Assembly (NCBI RefSeq): GCF_947502065.1 | Contig: NZ_CANMYE010000014.1 | Coordinates: 140-64,139 of the forward strand | Length of the DNA: 64,000 nt | Direction of reading: 5' to 3' | Source: an uncultured Pseudoteredinibacter sp. | Lineage (GTDB): Bacteria > Pseudomonadota > Gammaproteobacteria > Pseudomonadales > Cellvibrionaceae | Translations under genes and position numbers: made by a program | Notes under the pieces: generated by a model | Told to the model about the DNA's origin: nothing | What the model saw: the letters and a program-made list of their open reading frames with translations, nothing else | Databases searched by the model: none | In this document: piece after piece, positions 39,050-49,247 of the stretch | Position numbering within the stretch: the stretch's first letter is position 1 | How the letters are laid out: the number at the start of each line of letters is the position of its first letter

Positions 39050-40705
39050 CTAGAGTAATAAGCGGCGGATATCGCTTAGCGTGGCTACTAGGTTTGTGAA
39101 GAAGCGGCCGCAATCGGCGCCGTTGATGGCGCGGTGATCGTAGCTGAGTGACAGCGGTAGCATTTGCCTTGGCTGGAACTCTTTGCCATCCCACACTGGT
39201 TGGATAGAAGCTTTTGATACTCCCATGATAGCCACTTCCGGTGCGTTGACGATTGGGGTAAAACCTTTACCGCCCATGGCACCTAAGCTTGAAATGGTAA
39301 AGCAAGCGCCTTGCATATCTTTTGGCATTAATTTGCCATCGCGGGCTTTGCCAATTAGCTCGTTTACTTCATCAGCAATTTGCCATAGGCCTTTTTTATC
39401 CACATCGCGTAATACCGGCACCAATAAACCTCGCGGTGTATCGGCTGCAATACCAATATGCACATAATCTTTGCGCACGATATTTTCGCCATCGCTGTGC
39501 AAAGAAACATTAAAGCTTGGCTCGGCGCGCAAGGTGGCGGCTACGGCTTTAATTAAAAACGGTAGCGGTGTTAATTTGCTGCCACGCTTTTCGGCTTCGG
39601 CTTTCATGCTTTTACGGAAAGCTTCTAGCTCGGTGATATCGGCATCGTCAAACTGCGTTACATGGGGAACGTTCAGCCAGTTACGGCTCATGTTCTGGGC
39701 CGTAATTTTTGCAATTTTACTCAGCGGCTCAATACTTATCGGGCCAAACTGGCTGTGATCAACGTGAGGGATTTCTGGAATACCCGCACCGGATGACAAC
39801 TTGCCGGATTTAACATCTTCGATAATCGTCTTGGCGTGATTGCGAACATCTTCTTTGCTTAAACGCCCGCGTGGGCCACTGGCTTTTATTTCAGAAAGCT
39901 CTACACCCAACTGTCGTGCCAACTGGCGCACTGCAGGGCCTGCATAAAATGCCGTTTCAGGGCCAGGCTCAATAGTGGCTACTGTTGCTGGCGGCGGTGC
40001 TAGTTTTGCTTCGCCAGAGCTTTCTGCAGCAGGTGCTGGTGCCGCTGTAGCTGGCTCGGCTTTGGGATCAGTAGCTTGAGAGGCAGCAGCCACAGGTGCC
40101 GCAGCCACTACAGCCTTAATGCGACCAATGCTCTGTCCCTTGTTTATCTTACCGCCTTCGCTAACATCCAAAGATACGATGGTACCGGCATGCTCAGCAG
40201 GAATTTCCATCGAGGCTTTGTCGGTTTCCAAAACAATAATGGAATCGCCTTCGGCAACTTCATCACCGGCTGCCACGCAAACTTCGATAACATCAACATC
40301 TTCTGCGCCACCAAGATCGGGCACGATGATATCAATTTCAGTTTCTGTCGCCGCAGTTTCGACAGCTGGCTCAGCAACTTTCTCTGCGGCTTTATCTGCA
40401 ACAACGACTTCTTCAACGGCTGGTGCTGCCGCTTTTTCTTCAACAGGCGCCGATTCAGAAGCAACCACTTCGATATCAACTAAAGCATCGCCTTCATTTA
40501 ATTTACCACCTTCGCTGATATGCACAGCCGTTACTTTACCGGCTTTGGTGCAAGGCACTTCCATGGTGGCTTTATCGGTTTCTAGCACTACGATAGATTG
40601 CTCAAGCTCTAGCTCGTCACCTACCGCAACACAAACCTCAATGACTTCTACGTCGCTGGCTCCGCCCAAGTCAGGTACGGATAAAGTTTCAATACTCATA
40701 TCCAC
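39050..40705 (-). CDS. aceF: Pyruvate dehydrogenase E2 dihydrolipoamide acetyltransferase (two lipoyl domains)
   Basis: Two VLETDKA lipoyl motifs, AGPAVRQLAR E3-binding region, catalytic SYDHRAINGA. Confidence 0.96.
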   Translation of the reverse strand: MDMSIETLSVPDLGGASDVEVIEVCVAVGDELELEQSIVVLETDKATMEVPCTKAGKVTAVHISEGGKLNEGDALVDIEVVASESAPVEEKAAAPAVEEVVVADKAAEKVAEPAVETAATETEIDIIVPDLGGAEDVDVIEVCVAAGDEVAEGDSIIVLETDKASMEIPAEHAGTIVSLDVSEGGKINKGQSIGRIKAVVAAAPVAAASQATDPKAEPATAAPAPAAESSGEAKLAPPPATVATIEPGPETAFYAGPAVRQLARQLGVELSEIKASGPRGRLSKEDVRNHAKTIIEDVKSGKLSSGAGIPEIPHVDHSQFGPISIEPLSKIAKITAQNMSRNWLNVPHVTQFDDADITELEAFRKSMKAEAEKRGSKLTPLPFLIKAVAATLRAEPSFNVSLHSDGENIVRKDYVHIGIAADTPRGLLVPVLRDVDKKGLWQIADEVNELIGKARDGKLMPKDMQGACFTISSLGAMGGKGFTPIVNAPEVAIMGVSKASIQPVWDGKEFQPRQMLPLSLSYDHRAINGADCGRFFTNLVATLSDIRRLLL

Positions 40706-40711
40706 ACCTCC

Positions 40712-43375
40712 TTAAACTAAGCACGGGTCGACTTTATTAGGGTCGATGCCGTATTTTTTAATCGCTTTGGAAACCAGCTTGATGTCCAACTCGCCACGAT
40801 CAGCTAATGATTTAAGTGCAGCTACAGTGACAAAATAACGATCCACCTCAAAGAAGTGACGCAACTTCGCACGCGTATCACTGCGACCAAAACCTTCGGT
40901 TCCCAGTACTTTGTAATCACCAGGAATATAGCCGCGCAATTGCTCGGCGTAAGTTTTTAGGTAATCGGTTGCAACGATAACAGGGCCCTGACGATCCTTA
41001 AGCTGCTGAGTTAAGTACGGCAACTTAGGCTCTTCCTCAGGGTGCAACATGTTCCAACGCTCGGCCGCTTGGCCATCGCGGGTTAGTTCGTTGATGCTGG
41101 TTAAGCTCCAGATATCGGCTTCTACACCGAAGTCATCTTTTAGCAATACCGCCGCTTCGCGAACTTCGCCCAAGATAGAACCCGCACCCATTAGCTGTAC
41201 GCGTGGTTTTTGTTTTTTACCTTTTGGCAACTTACCTTCACTTAATAGATAGCCGCCTTTAATGATGCCTTCTTCGGCGCCCACTGGCATATCTGGGTGA
41301 ACGTAGTTTTCGTTCATGGTGGTGATGTAGTAGAAGCAGTTTTCTTTATCAGCAAACATGCGCTTCAAGCCATCTTGAATAATGACTGCCAATTCAAAAG
41401 AGTAAGCCGGATCGTAACTCTTACAGTTTGGAATGGTGTTCGCCAACACTAAGGAGTGACCATCTTGGTGCTGCAAGCCTTCACCGTTTAGGGTTGTACG
41501 GCCAGCGGTGGCACCAATTAGGAAACCGCGCGCTTGGGAGTCACCCGCTGCCCATGCCAAGTCGCCAATACGTTGGAAACCAAACATAGAGTAGAAAACA
41601 TAGAACGGCACCATTGGGCAGTTGCTATTGCTGTAGGCGGTTGCTGCTGCAATCCAGCCCGACATCGCGCCGGCTTCGTTAATACCTTCTTCAAGGATCT
41701 GACCTTTTTTGTCTTCCTTGTAGTACATGATCTGATCGTGATCGTGCGGGGTATATTTTTGACCGGCCGAAGAATAAATGCCTAACTGACGGAACATACC
41801 TTCCATACCAAAGGTACGTGCTTCATCGGGAACAATCGGCACTACGCGCTCGCCCATATTTTTGTCTTTTACCAGTGCCGACAAAATACGAACGAAAGCC
41901 ATGGTGGTAGAGATTTGACGCTCACCCGTGCCTTTTAACTGTGCTTTAAAGGCATCCAAGCTTGGAATATCCAAACCTTCAAACGTTGGGCGACGCTTCG
42001 GTAGCTGGCCACCTAATTCTTCACGACGCTTACGCATGTATACCATTTCTGGTGAATCTGGCGCTGGGCGATAGTAAGGAACGTGTTTTAATTCTTCATC
42101 GGAAATTGGAATACCAAAGCGATCGCGGAAGCGCTTCAAGCTTTCGATATCCAGTTTTTTCACCGAGTGGGTTTCGTTCGCCGCTTCACCGGCGGCACCC
42201 ATACCGTAACCTTTTACGGTTTGCGCCAAAATTACCGTTGGCTGTCCCTTGTGTTCTACCGCTTGTTTATAAGCTGCGTACACTTTAAATGGATCGTGGC
42301 CACCGCGGTTAAGATTCATAATGTCGTCGTCCGACAAATCTTTTACCAGCTCTAGCAGCTCTGGGTATTTACCAAAGAAGTGCTCACGAGTGTATGCGCC
42401 ACCATTGGCTTTATAGTTTTGCAACTCACCGTCGCAAACTTCATCCATACGCTTTTGCAACAAGCCCGAAGTATCTTTTTCCAGCAGCTGATCCCAGAGG
42501 CGACCCCAAACAACTTTGATCACGTTCCAGCCAGCACCACGGAAGACACCTTCGAGCTCTTGAATAATTTTACCGTTACCACGCACTGGGCCATCTAGGC
42601 GCTGCAGGTTACAGTTGATCACAAAAATTAAGTTTTCTAACTTCTCGCGACCGGCTAGGGAAATTGCACCTAGAGATTCTGGCTCATCGGTTTCACCGTC
42701 GCCCAAGAATGCCCAAACCTTACGGTTGCCACGTGGTGACAAATCACGCGCCGATAGGTAACGCATAATATGCGCTTGGTAAATCGCTTGAATAGGACCT
42801 AGCCCCATGGATACGGTAGGGAACTGCCAGTAATCCGGCATCAACCATGGGTGTGGATAAGAGGATAAGCCAGCGCCATCCACTTCACGGCGGAAGTTAT
42901 CCAGCTGATCTTCGTTGAATCGACCTTCTAAATAAGAGCGGGCATACATACCTGGCGCCGAGTGGCCCTGGAAGTAAATAAGATCGCCCTCTTCTTCGCC
43001 ATCGCCGCCGTGGAAAAAGTAGTTAAAACCAACATCGTACAGGGTAGCTGCTGATGCAAATGAAGAGATATGACCGCCCAGGCCCTCATCATTATCGTTC
43101 GCACGCATTACCATCGCCATCGCATTCCAGCGAATCAAAGAGCGAATTCGACGCTCCATAAATAGATCGCCCGGCATGCGCTTTTCTTTGGCCGGCGATA
43201 TGGTATTGCGATAAGGGGTTACGATAGCGTGAGGCAATTTAACGTCGTGCTCGCCAGCACGTTCGGCGAGCTGCCGTAATAAGAACGCGGCACGATCTTT
43301 ACCGCCATGACGAATTACGGAATGCAAAGCATCCAGCCACTCTTTGGTTTCGAGGGCGTCGATATCTTCTTGCAT
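40712..43375 (-). CDS. aceE: Pyruvate dehydrogenase E1, homodimeric type
   Basis: ETKEWLDAL, YFQGHSAPGMY, FPTVSMGLG, GDGETDEPE and GEGLQHQDGH motifs. Confidence 0.97.
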   Translation of the reverse strand: MQEDIDALETKEWLDALHSVIRHGGKDRAAFLLRQLAERAGEHDVKLPHAIVTPYRNTISPAKEKRMPGDLFMERRIRSLIRWNAMAMVMRANDNDEGLGGHISSFASAATLYDVGFNYFFHGGDGEEEGDLIYFQGHSAPGMYARSYLEGRFNEDQLDNFRREVDGAGLSSYPHPWLMPDYWQFPTVSMGLGPIQAIYQAHIMRYLSARDLSPRGNRKVWAFLGDGETDEPESLGAISLAGREKLENLIFVINCNLQRLDGPVRGNGKIIQELEGVFRGAGWNVIKVVWGRLWDQLLEKDTSGLLQKRMDEVCDGELQNYKANGGAYTREHFFGKYPELLELVKDLSDDDIMNLNRGGHDPFKVYAAYKQAVEHKGQPTVILAQTVKGYGMGAAGEAANETHSVKKLDIESLKRFRDRFGIPISDEELKHVPYYRPAPDSPEMVYMRKRREELGGQLPKRRPTFEGLDIPSLDAFKAQLKGTGERQISTTMAFVRILSALVKDKNMGERVVPIVPDEARTFGMEGMFRQLGIYSSAGQKYTPHDHDQIMYYKEDKKGQILEEGINEAGAMSGWIAAATAYSNSNCPMVPFYVFYSMFGFQRIGDLAWAAGDSQARGFLIGATAGRTTLNGEGLQHQDGHSLVLANTIPNCKSYDPAYSFELAVIIQDGLKRMFADKENCFYYITTMNENYVHPDMPVGAEEGIIKGGYLLSEGKLPKGKKQKPRVQLMGAGSILGEVREAAVLLKDDFGVEADIWSLTSINELTRDGQAAERWNMLHPEEEPKLPYLTQQLKDRQGPVIVATDYLKTYAEQLRGYIPGDYKVLGTEGFGRSDTRAKLRHFFEVDRYFVTVAALKSLADRGELDIKLVSKAIKKYGIDPNKVDPCLV

Positions 43376-43520
43376 CTAGGTCTCCCTTGGCCTTTTGGGC
43401 AATATATGTCGAGGTGAACTGAGTATAGGCAATAATTTAATCGTTGCTTGGTGAATTATGCAGCGAATAGCCTAAAATTTGGCGCACAAACTTGGTTTTT
43501 TGTGCGCTCAGCAAATTTAA

Positions 43521-43535
43521 TGTAGCAATACTACA
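43521..43535. promoter_or_regulatory. Candidate HexR/RccR (RpiR-family) operator upstream of aceE
   Basis: TGTAG-CAATA-CTACA palindrome; a second TGTAA-ACAAA-CTACA lies at 43628-43642. Confidence 0.5.
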
Positions 43536-43645
43536 AAAATCGAACGATTTTTTAAAGATTAGACAACATATCTGAACAAAACTGTCCAAAAAACCTGCAG
43601 CCTCGTCCAGAAAGGCCAAGACCACCGTGTAAACAAACTACAAGA

Positions 43646-44722
43646 CTACTCTTCTAGTTGCTCAGCCTGCTCGGCATTGGCCACTGGCCAGGCATTCAAA
43701 ACGGCTTTGATTAAGGTCGCTAATGGGATGGCAAAAAACACGCCCCAGAAGCCCCAAATGCCACCAAATACCAATACGGCCAAGATAATAGCCACAGGGT
43801 GTAGGTTTACAGCTTCAGAAAATAGCAAAGGCACTAAGGCATTGCCATCAAGAGCTTGAATAATGCCGTAGGCGATCATCAAGTAATAGAACTCGCTGCT
43901 CCAGCCCCACTGCAAAAAGCCAATCATCGCGACCGGCAGGGTAATTACCGCAGCACCTATATAAGGTACCAATACCGATAAGCCCACCCCCACAGCAAGC
44001 AATAGCGCATAGTTTAGGCCCAGGAACTGGAAGCAAACAAAGCTTACGCCACCTACGATCAAAATCTCGATAACTTTACCGCGCACATAATTGGCCACCT
44101 GGATATTCATCTCATGCCAAATGCGGCTCATTACCGGGCGCTTGCGGGGCAAAAATGAAGACATCCAAGCGCGGATTTCGCCGGCATCTTTCAAAAAGAA
44201 GAACACCAAAATAGGTACCAACACCAAGTACACCAAGATAGCGATCAGCACTGGGGCTTTGGCCAGGGAGAAGGACAAGACACTTTGCCCTAAGCCACCC
44301 AATTTGCTGCCCATGGCGGCAACGATCTGGGAAACCTGCTCTTCACTGATAAATTGCGGGTACTTTTCTGGCAGGGCCAACATGATCTTTTGCCAATCGG
44401 CCAGCATGCCCGGCACCTCAGAGAATAAGGTGGCCGTTTGATGCCAGATTAGCGGGAACAAGACAAAGATGCCGGTAAGCAGTAAGCCAACCAATAATAA
44501 AAAGGCGATATTAACGGCCATGATATGGGGCAAGCCCCAAGCGGTTAAGCGCTGCACCACGCCTTGCAATAAGAAGGCGATAATCAGGCTGGCGATCATA
44601 GGGGCTAAGATGCCACCCATGGTGACGACCACGACTAGGCCCAAGCCTAAGATGATAAGTAGCAATACCGCCTCTTCGCTGGCTAGGTATCGCTCCATCC
44701 AATTTTGAAAAATACGAATCAT
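43646..44722 (-). CDS. AI-2E family transporter (PerM-like)
   Basis: VPILVFFFLKD, LVPYIGA, QALDGNALVPLLFS and LHPVAIILAVLVFGG motifs. Confidence 0.9.
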   Translation of the reverse strand: MIRIFQNWMERYLASEEAVLLLIILGLGLVVVVTMGGILAPMIASLIIAFLLQGVVQRLTAWGLPHIMAVNIAFLLLVGLLLTGIFVLFPLIWHQTATLFSEVPGMLADWQKIMLALPEKYPQFISEEQVSQIVAAMGSKLGGLGQSVLSFSLAKAPVLIAILVYLVLVPILVFFFLKDAGEIRAWMSSFLPRKRPVMSRIWHEMNIQVANYVRGKVIEILIVGGVSFVCFQFLGLNYALLLAVGVGLSVLVPYIGAAVITLPVAMIGFLQWGWSSEFYYLMIAYGIIQALDGNALVPLLFSEAVNLHPVAIILAVLVFGGIWGFWGVFFAIPLATLIKAVLNAWPVANAEQAEQLEE

Positions 44723-44766
44723 AAGCTTCTCATAACACTCCTAGCGCTTTTGCCATTATGGCAGCC

Positions 44767-45027
44767 CTAGGATTTTTGAATCACATAACAATAGTCCTCG
44801 CCCTGCTGCTCGGCCAATAGCAATTGATGGCCAGCAATATCGGCGAAGGCTTTAATATCGCGCATTGAACCTGGGTCGGTGGCTAGTAACCCTAAAGACT
44901 CACCAACGGCAAGATTGTTCAGGGCCAGCTTCATTTTTAATAGTGGCATGGGGCAATCTAGGCCTCTGGCATCCACTTCGGTGCTTAATTCGGTAAATTC
45001 TGAATAAGCCACGCTTTTCGACTCCAA
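44767..45027 (-). CDS. TusA/SirA-family sulfur carrier
   Basis: VDARGLDCPMPLLK and ATDPGS motifs. Confidence 0.9.
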   Translation of the reverse strand: MESKSVAYSEFTELSTEVDARGLDCPMPLLKMKLALNNLAVGESLGLLATDPGSMRDIKAFADIAGHQLLLAEQQGEDYCYVIQKS

Positions 45028-45268
45028 TACAAAGGGTACGCTGTTATATCAAGCATTATCCCCTATGGACACTCTTTTTTCATTGATTTAGAAACGCGAA
45101 CTTTTCTTAGCAGTGTCACTCTAGGATAGATGTTATAGTCGTGAACCCGTTTTAGCGCGGTTATTTGTGATTATATTAGGACTACATTGTGAGCACAGCA
45201 GGGCTACATTGGAACTACAATGTAGCTGTTTTGTAATTACCGCCGCGAACCATCGATAAGAGAGTATT

Positions 45269-46723
45269 ATGGGTATATCCAGCAAGCCACTGGCCTGCCT
45301 AACACTGAGCTTAAGCTTAGCCTTTGCCGCCAGTCCTTTGAGCGCTCAAAAAAAGGAAATTAAGCTGCCAAGTTTGGGCGATGCTACTTCTGGCATTGTC
45401 TCCCCTCAGCAGGAATATAAACTTGGGCAGGCTTGGGCCCGCTCCTTTAGGGCTCAGGTGCCTACCTCTATCGATGCGCAATTAGCCGATTACACTGAGA
45501 AGCTGATGAGCAAGCTGGCCGAGCACAGCGAGCTGCACCATAAGCAGTTGGATATCATTATGGTGGACAACCCCACTTTGAACGCTTTTGCGGTTCCTGG
45601 TGGTGTGGTGGGTGTGCACACGGGTTTGTTTGCTTATGCCCAGAGCGAGGGCCAGTTGGGTGCGGTTTTAGCCCATGAGTTAGCTCACCTTAGTCAGCGA
45701 CATTTTGCTCGTGGGGTGGAACAGCAGCAGCGCAATACTTTACCTATGTTAGCGGCTTTGATGACCAGTTTGGTGTTGGCCGCTACTACGAGTGGCGATG
45801 CCGGTTTGGCGGCGCTTTCGGCGACTCAGGCAGCGGCTATTGATGCTAAGTTGCGCTTTAGTCGCCAAAATGAGCAGGAGGCTGATCGTATTGGTATTCA
45901 AACTATGGCGGCTGCTGGTTTGGATCCTTATCAGGCGCCGGCCATGTTTGAGCAGATGCTGAAGGCTACTCAGTTTAGTCGTCGTCCCCCGGAATTTTTG
46001 CTAACTCACCCGGTGACGGAGAAGCGTGTTGCGGATACGCGTAACCGGGCTCGTCGTTATGTTGAGCGCCCTTTGCCTCCTTCGCTTGATTTTCATTTGA
46101 TGCGTTCGCGGGTAAGGCTGGCTCTTGCTGAGACGCCCAGTCGGGCGGCTAAGTCTTTTGCGAGTGAGCTGGAGGGCCATAGTCTTTTGTCTGAAGCCAG
46201 TCGTTATGGCCTGCTGCTTGCGCTTATTGATATGAAGGAGATTAAAAAAGCTCAGGAGCAGTTGGATATTCTGCTGGAGGATAATCCGGAGCATGTGAGC
46301 TATTTGATTGCTAAGGCTGATTTGATGGCCGCTAACGGTAATTATGATGGCGCGCTGATGGATTTACGGTTGGCGCTTAAGAAGAATCCGCATAATCATC
46401 CTGTTACGGTTCGTTTGGCGGAGCTGTATATGGAATCTGGGCAGTATCATCGTGGTGAGCAGTTGTTGCTTAAGCATTCGCGTCAGCGGCCGCACGATAC
46501 TTATGTGTGGTATTTGTTGGCGGAGATTCATGGTCTGACTGGGGATATTTTGAATCTTCATCAGGCGCGTGCGGAATATTTTGTGTTGAATGGTATTTAC
46601 GATAAGGCTTTGCATCAGCTTAAGTTGGCTCAGAAGATGGCGCGTGGTAATTATCGTTTGAGTACGATTTTGGAAGAGAAGATTCGGCAGGTTTATAACA
46701 TGATTGAGGATCAGCGGGGGTAA
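45269..46723 (+). CDS. bepA: M48 metalloprotease/chaperone with TPRs (BepA/YfgC)
   Basis: Signal peptide, LNAFAVPGG, HELAH zinc motif, FSRQNEQEADRIG, LLTHP, C-terminal TPRs. Confidence 0.92.
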   Translation: MGISSKPLACLTLSLSLAFAASPLSAQKKEIKLPSLGDATSGIVSPQQEYKLGQAWARSFRAQVPTSIDAQLADYTEKLMSKLAEHSELHHKQLDIIMVDNPTLNAFAVPGGVVGVHTGLFAYAQSEGQLGAVLAHELAHLSQRHFARGVEQQQRNTLPMLAALMTSLVLAATTSGDAGLAALSATQAAAIDAKLRFSRQNEQEADRIGIQTMAAAGLDPYQAPAMFEQMLKATQFSRRPPEFLLTHPVTEKRVADTRNRARRYVERPLPPSLDFHLMRSRVRLALAETPSRAAKSFASELEGHSLLSEASRYGLLLALIDMKEIKKAQEQLDILLEDNPEHVSYLIAKADLMAANGNYDGALMDLRLALKKNPHNHPVTVRLAELYMESGQYHRGEQLLLKHSRQRPHDTYVWYLLAEIHGLTGDILNLHQARAEYFVLNGIYDKALHQLKLAQKMARGNYRLSTILEEKIRQVYNMIEDQRG

Positions 46724-46801
46724 GTAATTACGTTAGCTGTCTTATAGCGACTATCCCCCCAATCCACATCAGTATTTTTTGTACTCTCTACTACACTGGC
46801 C

Positions 46802-46918
46802 GATTGCAGCCCCTGCCATAAAGGGTCTGGAGCGCACTTAAACCATCCGAGGGCGCTCGACTTCGCGGCGTCCATGCCGCTCTACGGCTCCCGACCCTTT
46901 ATGGCAGGGGCTACAATC
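46802..46918. repeat. Hairpin element (REPIN/MITE-like) with 26-bp inverted arms
   Basis: GATTGCAGCCCCTGCCATAAAGGGTC (46802-46827) versus GACCCTTTATGGCAGGGGCTACAATC (46893-46918), one mismatch. Confidence 0.85.
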
Positions 46919-47041
46919 TACTACTTGTCTATTATCAAATTTTGTTTGCTTGAAAAATTTAAAAGTATGAATAGCGATACATAGCAAGTTGTTGAAAGCC
47001 ATGTCCCTTTTCTAGCGATGCCAACTCTATTGAGTTAATAC

Positions 47042-48973
47042 CTACAATTTCTCTGTCCGCTTATAGAATCTCAAAAACTCCGCCTGACGCTGTTCGGCTT
47101 TAGCTACAATAGCTAGAAACTCTGGATCATCTTGCCACTGTTGTAGCGCGATATTATTGCGAATAAATTCTACGTTAAAGTAACCCAGCTCGATTGCCTG
47201 GTTTAGTTTGGCGAAGGCTTTTTCTCGGGCGTTAAAGAATCCATAGTAGGCGGCCATGTAGTAGCTGGTTTCGCCGTCGTATACTTTGCTCTTTTCTAAT
47301 TCGGCTATGGCCTCTAAGCCGGCTTGATGATCTTGATCTATGAGCGCTAAATGAATTTTAGCTACTTGCCCCCATAGGCCGCCGTGTTGTGTGATCACTT
47401 TTTGTAAGCTTTCTCTGGCTTCGGGGATTTTGTTAAGGCGGTACATTGCTATGCCTGCCCAGGTATCGGCAAAGGCGCTTGGGCGGTAGTTTTCTAATAG
47501 TGGTGGGATTTTTTCGTATTGCCCTAGGCCTGAATAGAGTCCTACGACTGAGCGATACAATGGGTTGTGCGGATCGATTTTAACTGCGGCTTCTAGTTCT
47601 TGGCGGGCGCAATCTATTGCTCCGGCGTAGCGACAAACGTAGCCTAGGGCAAAATGGCTGCTGGCGTCGCTGGGGTTTATTTGGTTTAGACTCCTGGCCA
47701 TTTGTAAGGCTTGTTCTAATCGGTTGGATTCTGCGTAGATCAAGGCGAGCTGGAATAAGGCATCAACTGATTGCTGATCGAGTTCGATGGCCCGTAACAA
47801 AAAAGATTCGGGGTTGCCTTCAATGCCGGCGTCATCTAATACGAATTGTTCGAAGCGGCGCATTCTTGTGGCGAGGGCTACATAGGCCAAGGAGAAGTCT
47901 GGGTTTAAGCGTAAGCTTTCTTGTAGCAGCGATAGGGCCTTGCGGCTTGAGTGTTCATCCCAAGGTAAGCTTATTGCTTCGAAATAGTGTTGGTAACTTT
48001 TCGGATTAATGCTGCTCATGTAGCTTAGCTGCTGTTGATCCTCTTCCCCCAGTTCAATTTTTAGAGCCGCTACCATTTCCCTTGCAATGCTGCCGTGTTG
48101 GGATAAGAGCTGGGGCCAGCTAAATGCGACGGTGGACCTTTTCCATAACAGTTTTTGTTTGTGGGTGTTTAGTAACTCCAAGCTAAGCTCGTAGCGTCCT
48201 GCATTTTCTTGAAAGTTAGAAATCAATAAGTAATCTACCGACAGGGTTTTTATTTTTTCTTCAAAGCTTAGGCGTTTTATATTTGGCGAGTTAACGCGCG
48301 ACCATGATCTTACGTGAAGCTTATCGATGTAAATTAGATCGCTGATAATTTGTTGGGGTAGTGAGCTTAGCTGCTGACCGACAGAAAGGCTGGGGGTTTC
48401 TATTGCTACAGGCAAGACGGCAATGCTTTTTATTTCCCCGCCATCTACGGTCTTTGAGTTTTCCTCGTGACGAGGGAGAGGGATAAAAAACAACAGCAAG
48501 GCGATGATGCCAAACAGAACTGCCGCCATGAGGTAGGCGTATCGGAATTTTCGAGAATGTGATTCAGCCTGCAGGACTTCACCCTGCTCACCTTTCTGCT
48601 TACTCTCCTGATCATTCTCCTTTTCACCCGCCTGATCTCTCTCTTGAAGAGGGCCTTGCTGATCTTTTAGCTCAGCAACAAACTGGTAGCCTCGGCCATG
48701 AATGGTTCGAATAAAGGCTTGCTTGCGGCCGTCGTCACCCAGCAGCTGTCTGGCGGATTTAATGTGGTTGCTTAGGGTGGTGTCACAAACCTCGCGCCCC
48801 TTCCACAGGCGTTCAAATAACTCTTCACGCGTCATTACTCTTTCGCGATTTTCAATCAGTAGATGGAGCAAATCGAAGACTTTAGGTTTAATATCTAGGG
48901 GCGTGCCTAAACGACTAAGAGAAAAGTCCTCTTGGTTTAAGCAAAACTCTGCGAACTCATATTTCCTTGCCAT
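47042..48973 (-). CDS. Membrane-anchored winged-helix (CadC/OmpR-type) regulator with TolB-like and TPR domains
   Basis: VFDLLHLLIENRERV, IRTIHGRGYQF, a single TM, IAVLP and TPR helices. Likely start is ATG 48973. Confidence 0.85.
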   Translation of the reverse strand: MARKYEFAEFCLNQEDFSLSRLGTPLDIKPKVFDLLHLLIENRERVMTREELFERLWKGREVCDTTLSNHIKSARQLLGDDGRKQAFIRTIHGRGYQFVAELKDQQGPLQERDQAGEKENDQESKQKGEQGEVLQAESHSRKFRYAYLMAAVLFGIIALLLFFIPLPRHEENSKTVDGGEIKSIAVLPVAIETPSLSVGQQLSSLPQQIISDLIYIDKLHVRSWSRVNSPNIKRLSFEEKIKTLSVDYLLISNFQENAGRYELSLELLNTHKQKLLWKRSTVAFSWPQLLSQHGSIAREMVAALKIELGEEDQQQLSYMSSINPKSYQHYFEAISLPWDEHSSRKALSLLQESLRLNPDFSLAYVALATRMRRFEQFVLDDAGIEGNPESFLLRAIELDQQSVDALFQLALIYAESNRLEQALQMARSLNQINPSDASSHFALGYVCRYAGAIDCARQELEAAVKIDPHNPLYRSVVGLYSGLGQYEKIPPLLENYRPSAFADTWAGIAMYRLNKIPEARESLQKVITQHGGLWGQVAKIHLALIDQDHQAGLEAIAELEKSKVYDGETSYYMAAYYGFFNAREKAFAKLNQAIELGYFNVEFIRNNIALQQWQDDPEFLAIVAKAEQRQAEFLRFYKRTEKL

Positions 48974-49247
48974 AGAGCACCCTTTCCTTACCTCGGGGCA
49001 TGAGCCAATTCCGATCACGACCATTTTGAAAACTTAGACGCCAAACGCACTAAGATTACAAAAAAATTATCTTTTTATTAGGTTTTCAATCCCCCTGAGC
49101 ACTATAAACCAAGTTGCGTCTTTTAACAGCCAATGCTTTAGAGGCCACTTTTATAGCCCTCAAATAGTTTTAAGCCCTCCTAATTTAGCTACAGCATATA
49201 AAAGCGCCTTTCCATATAAAAATCACAGGGAAATTCTGGAGAAGATT

